Assembly (NCBI RefSeq): GCF_009914755.1
Contig: NC_060926.1
Reading direction: 5' to 3' (one strand)
Length of the DNA stretch: 64,000 bases
DNA from: the human T2T-CHM13v2.0 reference genome, Homo sapiens
Both the position numbers and the translations under genes were made by a program. Shown piece after piece: positions 39,296-52,429 of this stretch; the stretch's first letter is position 1, and each line of letters begins with the position of its first letter. The notes below the pieces were generated by a model. That model saw nothing but the letters and a program-made list of their open reading frames with translations. It ran no database searches and was not told the origin of the DNA.

Positions 39296-39684
39296 TGTAA
39301 AATTGTTTTCCGATGTTCATTGGGCATTTTGCCTACAAGAAGTGGTGCTGTCTTCCCTATTGAAGAATATTAGCCACTGCTTTCTATCTAAAAATCAGGA
39401 ATCTGAATCTAGTTCTTGGTTCTAGTTGGGAGATAATAATTGAACACAATAAAAATAGCAACAGAAACTGCTAAAAAGAGACTGAGAAGGACCAGAGGAA
39501 GCTCTGTGGGCCCTTCTTGTCCTGTGTAGCCAGGACAAAAAGCATTCCATAGAATTCCTTGCACTGTAGTTCTTAACCCTGACCAAGCCCTCCCATCTGT
39601 CAGTCATCCTACAGAGGAGAAGGGAAGAGTACAGAGAGAAAAGGGGGAAAGAGAATTTGATGGGTTTGGTAGGTGGGCCATGGG

Positions 39685-39915
39685 GTGCCTAGATCTGGGG
39701 TCAGCCAGTCTGGGTTCAACTCCTGCTTTTGATATTCACCAAGATTGTGATCTCGGACAAATCATCTAACTGTTCTCGTTTCCTCCTGTTCTGTATAATG
39801 TGACAATAATCAGACCTGCATCTTGACCTTGCAAGATTAAAGAGATAATATACCCAAAACAAATATAACAGTACCTGGAACACGCTAAGGACAAAGTAAA
39901 TATTAGCCATTATAA
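39685..39915 (+). mobile_element. MIR SINE
   Basis: 'tctggggtcagccagtctgggttcaactcctgct...tgtgatctcggacaaatcatctaac...gtttcctcctg'. Confidence 0.7.
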
Positions 39916-41325
39916 TGTGTCCATTCAGCACACATGGCCCCTTTCCTGGCAACAGACTCTGCCTTCCTGAACAGAGATGAGGGTTGGGGGATGAGACCAC
40001 AGGATACCTTGGTGTCCCCTCCATCCCGCTCAGGGAGGGGCCTGTGACACAAATGGCCCAGAGTTTTTACTGGGGTTTTCCTGCTGGAGGTGAGCTCTTC
40101 TCTCAAACCTGGAATCAATGTCAGCCTGGGGTGGATAGCTGCTACGTCCCTGCCACATGGAGAAGGCCTATCTGTGTTGCCAAGGATGAAGCCTTGAAGA
40201 ACACATAGAATAAAAGCAGTGCATGCTGGATGCAAACCGTGAGGTCCCCTAGTATTTCGTAGGTCCTCAGCTCTTCATTGCATTTGAGCTTCTATACCCT
40301 TCTTTCTTGTAATAAGCCCCATTTTTGCTTAAGCTAGTGTTGAACTGGGTTGTGGTCAGACCTAAAGAGTCCTAACTGGTGTGAAGGGGCAAAGGAAGGG
40401 CCCAAGAGAGATAGGAGATGCCCCCAAACAGCTCGGCTGTTAGAAGAGGGTCAGGAAGGTGAAGCCCATGTAAACGAGGAGTGAAGCAACGTGAAGCAAC
40501 ATTCCCCAACCTCCTGGGCTGATGACCAAGGAAAACAGGAGATTTAGGTTGATGGTTAGTATTTCATAAAGTGTTCACAATGCTGTTCTACTTAAGGTTT
40601 TTACAGTCACAGAGACCATTTTAAATCCTGGATTTGGAATTTCTATCTTAGCAAGTCTTCCCTTTTGGCATGTGGTCTGTGGACCACTTGTTCTGAGAAT
40701 TTAGGTTGGTTATGCTTATGATGAAGTTTTCCCAATGTATCAGATATAGAATGATTATTTCATAAGCCCTATATTTTGGTTCCAGTTCAGTCAACACTTA
40801 ACAGTCTATCTAGTTCATACTGTATATTAAACACATTATGCAAAAGTATAGCAAAGTATTAACAGAATAATTATTAGGCAACCTAATACCTTTATTATAT
40901 TTTCTTTAAAAAATTATTAAAGATGTGATTCCATTGATGTTCATTGTTGATTTAGCTTCGTTTGCCTTTTGTCTTTTGAAACTAATAAATGCATTTGTAA
41001 TAACAACAAGATTTGCTTTTGTAAGACTTTAGCTTCTCCTCTTTGCACAGTCTCGCTTAAGCCGAGAACCTTCTGACCACTATAAGGATAAATGACCTAA
41101 GCCCACTGGAGGCCTAATTAACTCTACCAAGTTACCAATGAGTGAAATGCCCTAAGGACATGCACTCAGGGGTGAGCAATGAGGCCTCAAAATGAAGACA
41201 ATTCCAATCAATCCATGGGGTTAGTGAGTGGGTATACAGGAGCTGAGCCTCAGCACATCTGCCCACAAAGCTAGGCAAAATGAAATAGAAATTATTCTGA
41301 CCATTCATAAATGCTATCAGTTTGA

Positions 41326-41642
41326 TTTTTTTTGTTTGTTTGTTTGTTTTGAGACAGGGTCTCACTCTGTTGCCTAGGCTGGAGTACAGTGGTGCAATCA
41401 CAGCTCACTGCAGGCTCAACCTCCTGAGCTGAAGTGATCCAACCACCTGAGCTGAAGTGAGCCTCCCCAGTAGCTGGGATTATAGGTGCATGCCACCACA
41501 TCGGGGTAATTTTTGTATTTTTTGTAGACATAGGATTTTGCCATGTTGTCCAGGCTGGTCTTGAACTCCTGTGTCCAAATGATCTTCCCGCATTGGTCTC
41601 CCAAGTGCTGGGATTATAGGCGTGAGCTACCATGCCTGGCCT
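41326..41642 (-). mobile_element. AluJ with (TTTG)n tail and an internal 15-bp duplication
   Basis: Alu body; TSD TCAGTTTGA at 41317-41325 and 41643-41651. Confidence 0.92.
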
Positions 41643-41993
41643 TCAGTTTGAATTTTTGAAAAGGCACGGCATGTGTGACCTTTTCCAAAATGTAATTTTT
41701 AAGATTTAAAACAGCTATCATTATAATGTCATTAGAACTACACACAAAAAAAAATAACAATATCTACTCATGTGTTGGCATCTTCTCATAAAAATGGGGA
41801 CAATTAAATTGCTTCAGGACTAAAATTAATTACTTCAAGGCTAAAATTATTCATTTCATCCATGCAGAGAAGTCACCATGTAGAGATGGTTTTAATCTGA
41901 TTAATGACTAATTTTCTAGTTCTAAAGATTAAAATAAAGCTAAGTTGTTGGAAAATATAAGACTTGAAAGGTCTGAGTAAAGCAAGAACAAGG

Positions 41994-42298
41994 TTTTTTC
42001 TTCTTTTTTTTTTTTTTTTTGAGACAGGGTCTTGCTTTGTTGCCCAGGCTGGAGTGCAGTAGCACAATCATAGCTGACTGCAACCCTGCCTCCCAGGCTC
42101 AATCAATCCTCCACCTCAGCCTCCCAAGTAACTGGGACTACAGGCATACACCACCACACCCAGCTAATTTTTGTATTTTTTGTAGAGATAGGAATTAGTC
42201 ATGTTGCCCAGGCTGGGCTTGAACTCCTGGGCTCAAGCCATCCACCCTCCTCTGCCTCACAAAGTGTTGGATTAAAGTGTGAGCCACCAAGCCCAGCC
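41994..42298 (-). mobile_element. AluJ
   Basis: Poly-T and full body; TSD AAGAACAAG on both sides (41984-41992 and 42299-42307). Confidence 0.93.
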
Positions 42299-42418
42299 AA
42301 GAACAAGTTTTCTTACTGCTTCTGTTGCCCTGGGTACTGTCTAGGAGGAAGGCTCTGCCACTATCACAAGCAGGCTGCACTGAATGCTGAAACCAAGGGA
42401 GGGATTTAGAGTGGCGAA

Positions 42419-42847
42419 TATCTTAGTCCATTTAGTGCTGATATAACAAAATACCTAAAGCTAGGTAGTTTATAAAGAAAAGAGGTTTACTTGGCTCATG
42501 ATATATGGTGGCTGGAAAATTCACAATTGGGCTTCTGCATCTGGTGAGGGCCTCAGGCTGCTTCAACTCACAGTGGAAAATGAAAGGGGAGCCGACATGC
42601 ACAGAGATCACATGGCCAGAAAGGAAGCAAGAGAGAGAGAAGGGGGAGGTGCCAGGCTCTTTATAACAACCAGCTCTCAGGAGAACTGATGGAGTGGTGA
42701 CTCCCCTCACCCCCAAAGGAGGGCATTAATTCATTCATGAGGGAGCCACTTCCATGGCCCAAACACCTCGTGGTGGGCCTCTCCTTCAACATTGCGGATC
42801 AAATTTCAACATGAGATTTGGAGAGGACAAACATCCAAACCATAGCA
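42419..42847 (-). mobile_element. MaLR solo LTR (MSTB-like)
   Basis: 'tcttagtccatttagtgctg...aaagaaaagaggtttacttggctca' to 'ggacaaacatccaaaccatagca'. Confidence 0.88.
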
Positions 42848-44548
42848 GGGGAGAAGGAGTTATCTGGGCAACTCATGGGTCCCTTAAGAATAATGATTTT
42901 GCCTTGTCCAATTAAAGGAGAGGCACCAATTTCATTATTGTACAGATAGGATTTTGCCATGTTGGTTAGGTATTTTATTACAGCAACCTGAACAGCCTAA
43001 CAAAGCATGCTTGGGGTTACTTGCTCTAGGTTACTCTTTGGGGTTTCATTTCATCAGGCTGTCCAGAGAAATAACTAAGGGCCTCCTCCTTGGTGACTGA
43101 CTCTCTCCATCTGCTGAGATTTGAAGGGTTCCTAGGATGTGAAACTTTTGGTGATAAAACCAGGACAGTATCTGTGACAGTTGTCCATGCTAGTTCCTCT
43201 TTTGACCTTTGCCAGGGATAACCAGATATTCTCTTATTTCTGAATCCAAAAGGTCAGACTTTCATAAGTGAGGACTTACTTCACAATAACCCATACATTG
43301 GCTTACACTGCATTTAAGAAAATTCTAACCACATTCTTAAAACTCAACATGGTGTTTGAATCCACATACAAATTACTGATTGTCCCAAAGTCACACCAGC
43401 ATGTTCATGCCTGGGGTTCTATCCGAAAGGGCAGAGGGTTATATTAGAGAGGAAAGAAATTATGCAGGATGGTGAGAGGAAGGGGCAAGAGAGAAAAGGC
43501 AACATGGCTTGGGATTTGGGAGATGGGGATGGTAGGAGTTTTGAGAGAGGAAAGAGGACATTAGGGGCTGCTGTTCTGATGTGAGAGAAAAATTGGAGAT
43601 GATGTTAAGTCGTTTTTCCATGTGTACTGAGTGGAATTTTTCCTGGTGTCTCTTTGAGAGACTTCTTTAAAGATATTGTCTGCTTGTCAGTATTCTGTTG
43701 GGTACCAACATGGGCCTTGAAGGGTTGGTGACACTTTCATTTCCTCATATCATGATCCACTGCAGTAGGTATTTGAATTTCCTATTCTTCAATTGTCATT
43801 ATTAGTTGTTTCCCAGAGTACATCTGCATAATGTTGTAATGAACATGGTGCATCAGATACATTTAAAAAATGTATGACAACCTCATTTCAAATATTGCCT
43901 GCCCTGACCAAGAAAACCAGACTGAAAACTCAAACCTGCTTTGTTCTACTCTATGTAATCTCTGTGAGCTAATTAACAGTGCCTTGCTGAAACACCAAGT
44001 GGAATTTCCAGCTGAGAGTTTGCTTTAAAGTGATAGAGACTGCTTCGATTGTTCAAAGAAAGGAAACACTCTCATACAAAAATGTGAGAAAGGAAAGAAA
44101 ATTTCCCCAGCAAAGGAAGAAGGCCAGAGGGGGCTAGAAATGAAAGAAAATAACATTTTTTAAAAGACCAAATCTATATCCAAAATAACTTATAAATGCC
44201 CAGGCTGCTGCTTTTTTATTAAATTTATTTCCTTGAAACTCATGACCATCTATGTTGAGGTTTAGAATTTACTCTGACCTTATCTTTTATGCAAGTCATA
44301 TATTTTTAATCCCTAAGCATATCAAACACACTGAGGAAAGCCAAGAAAGAATTTTTAAACTTTATGATTTTTAAAGTTAACAGAATTATCCTATTATATT
44401 GAAAGTACCACAGAGTTATAATGAGAGTTAGTGTGAGGAGATTTTAACAATTTCAAACTCACAGTTGATGAGATTCAAACAACATTAATAATGTAAAATG
44501 CACTGTGTAAACTGCATTTCAGTCTATGGCGCATATGAACAAGCATGC

Positions 44549-45276
44549 TTTGTTAGACTGTTCAGGCTGCTATAATACAATACCATAAACTGGGTAGCTT
44601 ATAAACAACAGAAATGTATTTCTCATGGTTCTGGAGGCTGGGAAGTCCAAGGTCAAGGCACCTGCAGATTTGGTGTCTGCTTCCTGGTTCATAGACTGAT
44701 ATGGTTTGATCTGTGTCCCTACCCAAATCTCATGTCTACCTGTAATACCCAATGTTGGAGGTGGGGCCTGGTGGGAGGTTATTTGATCATAGGAGTGGTT
44801 TCTTATGATTTAACACCATCCCCCTTGGTGTTGTCATGGCAATAGTGAGTGAGTTATTGCAAGATCTGGTTGTTTAAAAGTGTATAGCATCTCCTGCTCT
44901 CTTTCTTCCTCCTGCTCCAGCCATGTAAGACATTCCTGCTTCCCCTTTGCCATCCACCATGACTGTGAGTTCCTGAGGCCTCCCCAATCATGGTTCCTGT
45001 ACAGCCTATGGAATCATGAGACAATTAAACCTCTTTTCTTTACAAATTACCCAGTGTCAGCTAGTTCTTTATAGCAGTGCGAGAACAGACTAATACACAG
45101 AACTCACCTCCTCACTGTATCCTCATGTGATATAGGGATGAGGCAGCTCTCTAGCGCCTCTTTCATACAGGCTCTTCTTCATGATCTAATCACCTCCCCA
45201 AAGGCCTCACCTCACCTTGTGATTAGGTTTCCATTTGTGAATTTGGAGGCGGGGACATAAACATTCAGACCATAGC
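44549..45276 (-). mobile_element. MaLR LTR (MLT1A/MSTD-like), split by an MSTA LTR
   Basis: 44549-44696 'ttcaggctgctataa...gggaagtccaaggtcaaggc' continues at 45098-45276 ending 'aacattcagaccatagc'. Confidence 0.82.
44697..45097 (+). mobile_element. MaLR solo LTR (MSTA)
   Basis: 'tgatatggtttgatctgtgtccctacccaaatctcatgt' to 'gagaacagactaataca'. Confidence 0.9.
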
Positions 45277-47075
45277 CCACGCCTTGGACTGAGAACCTCA
45301 GATGTTTAGGAGAAAGGGGTGAAGAGGCCAAAGAGTACTTGAGTGTGAGCTGTATTCCATTTTCAACAAATGTAAACCTTTGGAGACAATGCATGTTTAT
45401 AATAAAAAAACAAGGGGTAACCCATGGCTTGATGAGTCTGAGCCAAACTGCTAATTTTATCAACTAAGGATAGTACCTGTCACACTTTGAGATATCAAAA
45501 CTAGGTGTGCATAAGCATAACCTGAGCAATGTAAACTGTGAAAATGTGGATTCCCAGGCAGCATGCACAGGGATTCTAATCCAGTACATCATAGGTGGCT
45601 CCAGGCAAGCTGCATTCAAAACAAGTGCCAACTCCCTCCAGTTAAATGAGGTAAGGCAGGGGATCTGAGGCTGAACTTTGGGAGACATTTAATTCTTTCA
45701 TAAAGGCCACACAATGGGACCAACATTCAGAATATTAATATAAAATGGATTACTTTATGATTACATTTATTTGCCATTCTAAAATAATGAGTTAGATCCT
45801 ACACACTTGCTCAGAGGATGCTAGTGTGGGAAGAAGAGGGAATATGAGGGGGGAGCCATGACACAGGCCTCCCAAGTATTTGTATCATTGGCCCTGAAAT
45901 ATCTTTAGGGGCTCTTGAGTGCAGCTCATGGCTTGATTTTCCACAACAGATTTATTTTTTCATTTCTCTTTCTAATGCTGAAAGAGGTTCATGGAGCCCT
46001 CTTTCTACAAGTCCTGATCTCCCCTCAGTCTGCCGATCATCTTCCTCATTCATTTTCCTAGTCTGCTCTGAGAACATGTGTGACCTTGCTTCAAACACCA
46101 ACTTTCCTGACTCTTATATGTGTTCTTTACCTCAAATAAAAACTGGTTTCCATGGCTCACTAACCTCTTCCCCCGAATTGTCATTTCCACAAGACACACC
46201 AGCACTGCCCTCTTACCTAATTATTCTGAACAACATTCTCTTGACATCAAAGGGATTCTCTGAACGTCCCTGTGAGACTTAAAACTCACTAACCATGAAT
46301 TTAAGACTCACTTTTGGCTTATTGCACTCAATGAAGGAAATAAAGACAGTGGTGAGGTAGCATTGAGCTACTATGATCAATTCTTTTGTTTGTTACTTAA
46401 AAGCAGTTCTTAGTGTAAAAGGGCTGTGGGGACTTATAAGATGGAAGACGTTGAATCCTCTTGGCATTCTGGCCCAGCACCACTATTCTTATCATCTATT
46501 TCTATCAAAGTGAGTTAAAGAATCTCTTCTTTAATGTGTAAATAACTGGCTAAGGCTTCTGAGCTCCCACTGCTCACTCTGGAGCTAGCAGAAGCTAGAT
46601 GACGTAACTCAGGGTGTCCTGAATCTCTAACTTCCTGATAGCTGGGACATGAATTCATATCATCTTCTCATCCTAGAGAATCATACAGAGATGTTTCCTG
46701 GAGGATCTCTGAAGTATAATAAAAATTGATTACGATTAAGAGTTTAAAACATTGCCCATATAATCACTGAGAAAACCCCTCTCTGTCCCATATGGAAATA
46801 AGTTTCTGTGTTGGCAGATTATTAAGTTAGCTTCTTTCCACAGTAATAGAACATAACAGAAAATTAAAACCAAACCTTAAATCTGATGAGTGAGCGGTCA
46901 GGTAGGGGGATGGCCATACTTTAAGAGAAAGCTTGTTTCAAAATTTTACAATTTATCTAGAAATCAGACAGAAATGGGAAAATACCCAATTTCAGCAACC
47001 CATTTAAGAACTTTATAACTGGACTTCCTCTCCGGTCTTCCTAATATCGATTTTACTGTGACATTAAGAAACTGA

Positions 47076-47199
47076 GTCATTTAAGATGATGGATATGCTA
47101 ATCACCCTGATATGATCACTACACATTACATGTATTGCAACATCACTATGTGCCCCATAAATATTTATAATTATTTTGTATCAATTAAAAATTTTTTTA
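47076..47199 (+). mobile_element. Very short L1MA-type 3' end
   Basis: 'gatggatatgctaatcaccctgat...catcactatgtgccccataaatat'; TSD AAGAAACTGA at 47066-47075 and 47200-47209. Confidence 0.8.
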
Positions 47200-47254
47200 A
47201 AGAAACTGAAGTTTTTAAACTGATCTATAGGTATATTTCATATATAGTCTATAG

Positions 47255-47490
47255 CCTTTTGTTCAGACTTCCTGGATTGAGATCCTGTATCCACCCTAAT
47301 GGCTGTACATTACTAGGGCAAATTACTTGGCTGTGCATATGGACAAATTACTTTTCTCTTTCCCTCACTTTTCTTCCTAACTCTGTAAGGTACTCATCTT
47401 ACAGAAACGTTGTGAGGAATGAATGAATAACTGTAGTTTATTTAAAATGCCTGGTTATCTAGTAGGCTTTCAATAGTTAACCGAGATTAT
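47255..47490 (+). mobile_element. MIR SINE
   Basis: 'cagacttcctggattgagatcctg...gggcaaattactt...gttgtgaggaatgaatga'. Confidence 0.55.
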
Positions 47491-48639
47491 TGTGTGCAAA
47501 TGTGGATATACAATGCAGAGGGAGACAGAGGCTCTGCCCTTGGAGATTACAATCCAAATGAGGAGATGTGTGTTAAACAGTCACTCAGTGATAATTTCCT
47601 TACAATGTTCATTTGTGCTGTGAAAGAGGACTGCAGAGAGAGTGCTGTGAATCTGGTCAACAAGGGGGCCCTTAGGAGACAGGAAGGATTTTCCCCAATG
47701 AAGAGATTTTAGACTGAGGCTTGAAGAAAGGGGAGAAGATTCACCCAAGGAGAAGGCAGACCCTGAGTGGAAGGGTTTGGGGAATATAAGAAAAACTTAT
47801 ACTCACAGGAGAAATATAAATAGATAAATCAATAAGGTTTTAAGGAATGACATTAATCTTCATTGGGCAAAATGCTTTCTGGTTTTTTTTTTTTTTTTTT
47901 TGGCTTATTTTTGGGTTTCTGTTTGTTTTATAGATTTATGGAGAAAGCTACAAAATGTAATCCAGATGTTTTTCCTCTCCAACTCTGAGGACCTGAACCT
48001 GACCTTTCCCCACCCCCAGGAACAGAAAAGACAATGGTCTTGACTTTCTGCAGACCTTGGAAGTTTCAAAAACAGAATCACACAGAGACCTAAGACTCAC
48101 TGACTTCTGAAGGAAGACAGTGTACCGAGGAAAGTGGGGAAGCAGAGATTTCCAGAAAAAGGAGAAAGGTGAAACCAGAAAGGCAGAAAGACAGATGGAA
48201 AAGGAGGAACAATGTTAGAGGGTGTATTCGGGACTACACTCTGAAGTCTGGGTGGGGAGTGCCCTGGCTCTTTGATTGGGCTAAGGGGGTGAGGTGCCTG
48301 GGATAGGAGAATAACTCAGCACTCAAAATTCCAGTCTTCCCCACTGTCAGCTATCTTTGGAGTTATTACTGAAGTCCTTGAGTGAAGAATGACTCAGACT
48401 TACCCTGGGTTCCTCTGTGCGTTTGCCTCTAAAATAAAGGCCAAGGTGATGTCCAGAATAGAGAAAGAAATAGTCACTGCAAGTACAAGACACACCTCTG
48501 TTAGGAGCTATATTATGGGCAAAGTGTCCCCCTGTGGACATATCTGGCTGGAGGAACCATAAGTTAATGCCCCAAATGTCCCCTTTCCTAAAAGTTTAGC
48601 TAGAGACATTGTTTTGCCTTCCACCCTCACCCTACTGTG

Positions 48640-49960
48640 AGACAAAGGAAGAGAGCTCTGACTGCTGTGCAATGGGTTGGCTGAAAAATGATGGTGGTTT
48701 GGACCAGGCTGATGGCAGCGGAAATGTGGAGATATAGATGGACTTGTGTATGTTTAGGAATCAAATAAACAGCTTGGTAACTGCATGTGGAGGAAGCTGT
48801 GGTGTGCACATCATGACAGCATCCACTTGGTGATACAGGTTGTCATGGAGCAACCACAAGAATTGATTGGGGATGTCGTTTACTGAAACAAGAACCACTG
48901 TAGGAGGAGCAGAGTTCTGGGAAGATGACAGGAGCAGTTTAGAAGGTGTGGAACAGATGTGCTGATGGGCCAGCCCACAGCATGTAGAGTAGGCAGTTAA
49001 ATACAAGCATCTAGAACTTGCTAGAGAGGTCTGATCTGGGCATATAAATGAGGCTTGCCGGCATATAAGTTGATGCCCAAGAACAATGTAAAGGTGAAAA
49101 GAAGATGGCCCAGCAGTGATCCTCTGCAGGCAACACAACATTTGAAGGTTGAATGGAGTAAAATGAATCAGCAAGGGATTGGAGGAATGGCCAGAGAAAT
49201 AGTATAAAGACCAGGAGATTGGGATGACACTTTTATCAAGGGAAGAGAAGGTTTCAAGAATTTCCAGCATACTGCCATACACGTAGCAGATCTTCCATAA
49301 ATCTTTGTTGAATGAAAGAAGAAAGGAAGGAGGGTCGATATATCAAAAGTCAATGAGAGGCCAATGTTTATAGCGTTCATTCACCTTAAACTCATTAGAG
49401 AGCAGTTGGGTGGCTTGGTGGCTCTGAAAACCAGGCTGTAAGTAGGTGTGGAGAGAACAGGAAGTAAGCCTGTGAAGACAAGAGTGTATAGACATCACCA
49501 TGGCAAAGTTTGGGTGTGACTTGGAAGAACGAGGGAAACATCTCCATGGGGTCTATTTTTCTCTTAGTTTGCTTTTGTAGGTTGGGAGACTTTTGCACCT
49601 ATGTGAACAGGATCAGTAGAGAGGTAGAGGTCAAAAGAGAATTGAAAGCAAAGATGGTGGTCCTAAGAAGAGAGGGGCTAGTGTTCAGAAGTGTGGGGTT
49701 TGGCCTCTGATTGAAAGGTTAGCAGGCCCCCATTGACATGGGAGGAGATGGAGATGGGAGCAGATGCTGATGCTTTGAGGTTCTTTATGCTGGTATCTCA
49801 GGGTTTCTTGTTTCTCTGTGGAGTTTGAGGCAAGCCCATCCACTAAGAATGAAAGTCATAGAGAGAAGTTCACAAGCTAAGGAAAGATGTTTTGAAAATG
49901 GTATGAAATGATGTTTTTGGAGAGTGGGAGATGATGATAAACAGAAAATCATAATGAGAT
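48640..49960 (-). mobile_element. L2 LINE fragments
   Basis: Purine-rich antisense L2 motifs: 'gatggtggtttggaccagg', 'gtaggcagttaaatacaagcatctagaact', 'agagcagttgggtgg', 'tttgggtgtga'. Confidence 0.6.
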
Positions 49961-50312
49961 TATCTATGCTATTGGATGTCCATTGATCATCTATTCAGAA
50001 GGATGTGGATCTGTTCAGGTAATTTTCTCCAGTGGTTCTCTCTCTCTCTCTCTTTTTTTTCTGGGACTAATACAAAGAAAAGGGACAATTGGCTTCATTA
50101 AGAGTGAAGGTTTCATCAGATGACTAGAACAAAGTGTGCCTCTGAATAGCAGAGACTTAACACCAACTCTTCCTCCCATGGATATTTTTGTGGTATCTTC
50201 GGGGACTTTGTCACTAAGTCCCTCCAACTGTAATCCCTTCCAGCTTAGGCTCAGATTTCTGGGGGGGATCCATTCCATACAGAATCCTTCCCAGGTGGTT
50301 TACTCAGGCAGG

Positions 50313-51051
50313 TGACATGGTTTGGCTGTATCCCCACCCAAATCTCATCTTGAATTGTAATGTCCACAATTCTCATGTGTCATGGGAGGAACCTGGTGAG
50401 AGGTGATTGAATTACGGGGGCGAGTCTTTTCTGCACTCTTCTCATGATAGTGAATGAGTCTTGTGATATCTGATGGTTTTAAAAAGCGGAGTTTCCCTGC
50501 ACAAGCTCTTTTTTTGTTTGCTGCCATCCTTGTAAGATGTGACTTGCTCCTCCTTGCCTTCCACCATGATTGTGAGGTCTCCCCAGCCAGGTGGAACTGT
50601 AAGTCCATTCAACCTCTTTTTTTGTAAATTGCCCAGTCTTGGGTATTGTATTGGTTCATTTTCATGCTGCTGTTAAAGACATACCCACGACTGGGCAATT
50701 TACAAAAGAAAGAAGTTTAATTGGGCTCACAGTTCCATATGGCTGGGGAAGCCTCACAATCATGGCAGAAGGGGAGGGGAAGCAAGTCATGTCTTACATG
50801 GATGACAGCAGGCAAAGAGAGAGCTTGTGCAGGGAAACTCTCATTTTTAAAATCATCAGATCTCATGAGACCCATTCACCATCATGAGAACAGCATGGGA
50901 AAGGCCTGCTCCCATGATCCAATCATCTCCCACTGGGTACCTTCCATAACACATGGAAATTATGGGAGTACAAGATGAGATTTGGGTGGGCACACAGAAC
51001 TAAACCATATCAGGTATGTCTTTATCAACAGTGTGAAAATGGACTAATACA
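50313..51051 (+). mobile_element. THE1 (THE1B-like) solo LTR, split into 50313-50646 and 51013-51051
   Basis: 'tgacatggtttggctgtatccccacccaaatctcatc' start and 'aatggactaataca' end; perfect TSD GCAGG at 50308-50312 and 51052-51056. Confidence 0.93.
50647..51012 (-). mobile_element. THE1 (THE1B-like) solo LTR nested in reverse orientation
   Basis: 'tgtattggttcattttcatgctgctg' to 'aaaccatatca'; perfect TSD GGTAT at 50642-50646 and 51013-51017. Confidence 0.93.
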
Positions 51052-52429
51052 GCAGGTGGTAAATGGCTCTTGCACTCCTTTTTCACTTTCATGGCTCATA
51101 TTCAACCCACAGAAAACTCACCAGGTGATTGCTTTTGTGCTAAAATGTTCCAGAAGTGTAGGCTGATCCTAGCATGGTGCCATTGAAGGGGAGTGCTATT
51201 CTTTTCTAAAGGCAGCCCTCTTCCTTGCTTCCTTTAGTTTTCCTGTAAGTAATACAGTTACTATCTTCTATATTTTCCAATGGCAAGAAATACACTTCAA
51301 GTTCTCTTCATGGCATTCTAGAAGCACCCCTCACTAGGCTTAAGGTGATGAAGGTAACATTCCTGTACCCTGTCTAGATTGGGGGTACTCAGCATAGCAA
51401 CTACTCCTTCCAAAAAGCCACCCCACACAATATTCTCTTCTCATTTTCAGTTCTTCCTTGGAGGGTATATGGGACTTTAAAAGTCATGCAATCAGTTCTT
51501 GAAGAGTCCTACAATGTTGTCTGTCTTACTCTTTTTGCCTCATACTATGACTGGATGCCTCCCTGGGAGCATCTGATTCAATGTCCTGCCCACAGGGATG
51601 GATTGTGAAATCCAGTCCTGATAAAGAGCATAGTGAAGACTGGCAGAGACCTAGGGAGAAAGAAAGAAGTCACGCCAATGGCTCAGCAGTCACAATGTGG
51701 TCAAAGAATGGCCCCAGTGGGGCTATTTGAACAAGCACTAAGAAATGATACAGGGTGGGATTGAAAAGGTGTCTGCTGCTGACACAATCTGGTTTTGACT
51801 TTAAGAGCAGGTGGCTGAGGTAGAGTAGTGAAAAAAAGATCACTGATGTAGATGAAGATGAGTGTCTTGGCTGGATCTTCCAAGAGGATGTTGGAGATAA
51901 GAAGGAGTGACCTGGAGCTTGGTAGTTGACTCCCTGGTGAAGGGAAAAAGTGCTTAAGCAAGATTATTTGCATTTCAAAGGAAGAGGGGATTGAACAAGA
52001 AGGGACTGGGAACAAGCAGCTGGAAGTAGTAGCATTTGCAGGTAAGGAAGAGTTCCATCCTGCCTTCCTGCACTTGTGATATGTGGGGCTGGAAGAGATA
52101 AAAGGACATCAGCCTGAGGCAGCCACATTGGAAGCTGTGTCCTCAAAGGATACCCAGGCTTCATTTACAGGCAAGAAGCCAGAGGGAATCTTTGGGGAAG
52201 AGATTAGGATTAGAAGGAGCTGGCTGATCAGCATATTGGTTTAGACAAAAGGGTTTGGGAGCGGAGAAGAAAGAGAAGGGTCAGGAAGTAATGGAAGACA
52301 AGGGAGACACAGTAGGTACTTGAGTCCTACAAGGTTCTTTGTGGCTGGAAATTGATGCCTATGGTCAAAGCATGGGGCTCAACTTCCTCACGGTCAACTG
52401 ATACCAGCTGCTCCACTGGGTCTAGCAAG

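Noticed and set aside
43095-43195. MER94-like DNA transposon fragment
   Set aside because: Resemblance is short and too degenerate to call without a search.
48761-49282. 173-aa ORF, the longest in the track
   Set aside because: It lies in degenerate L2 sequence with no recognisable domain; consistent with chance or a repeat relic.
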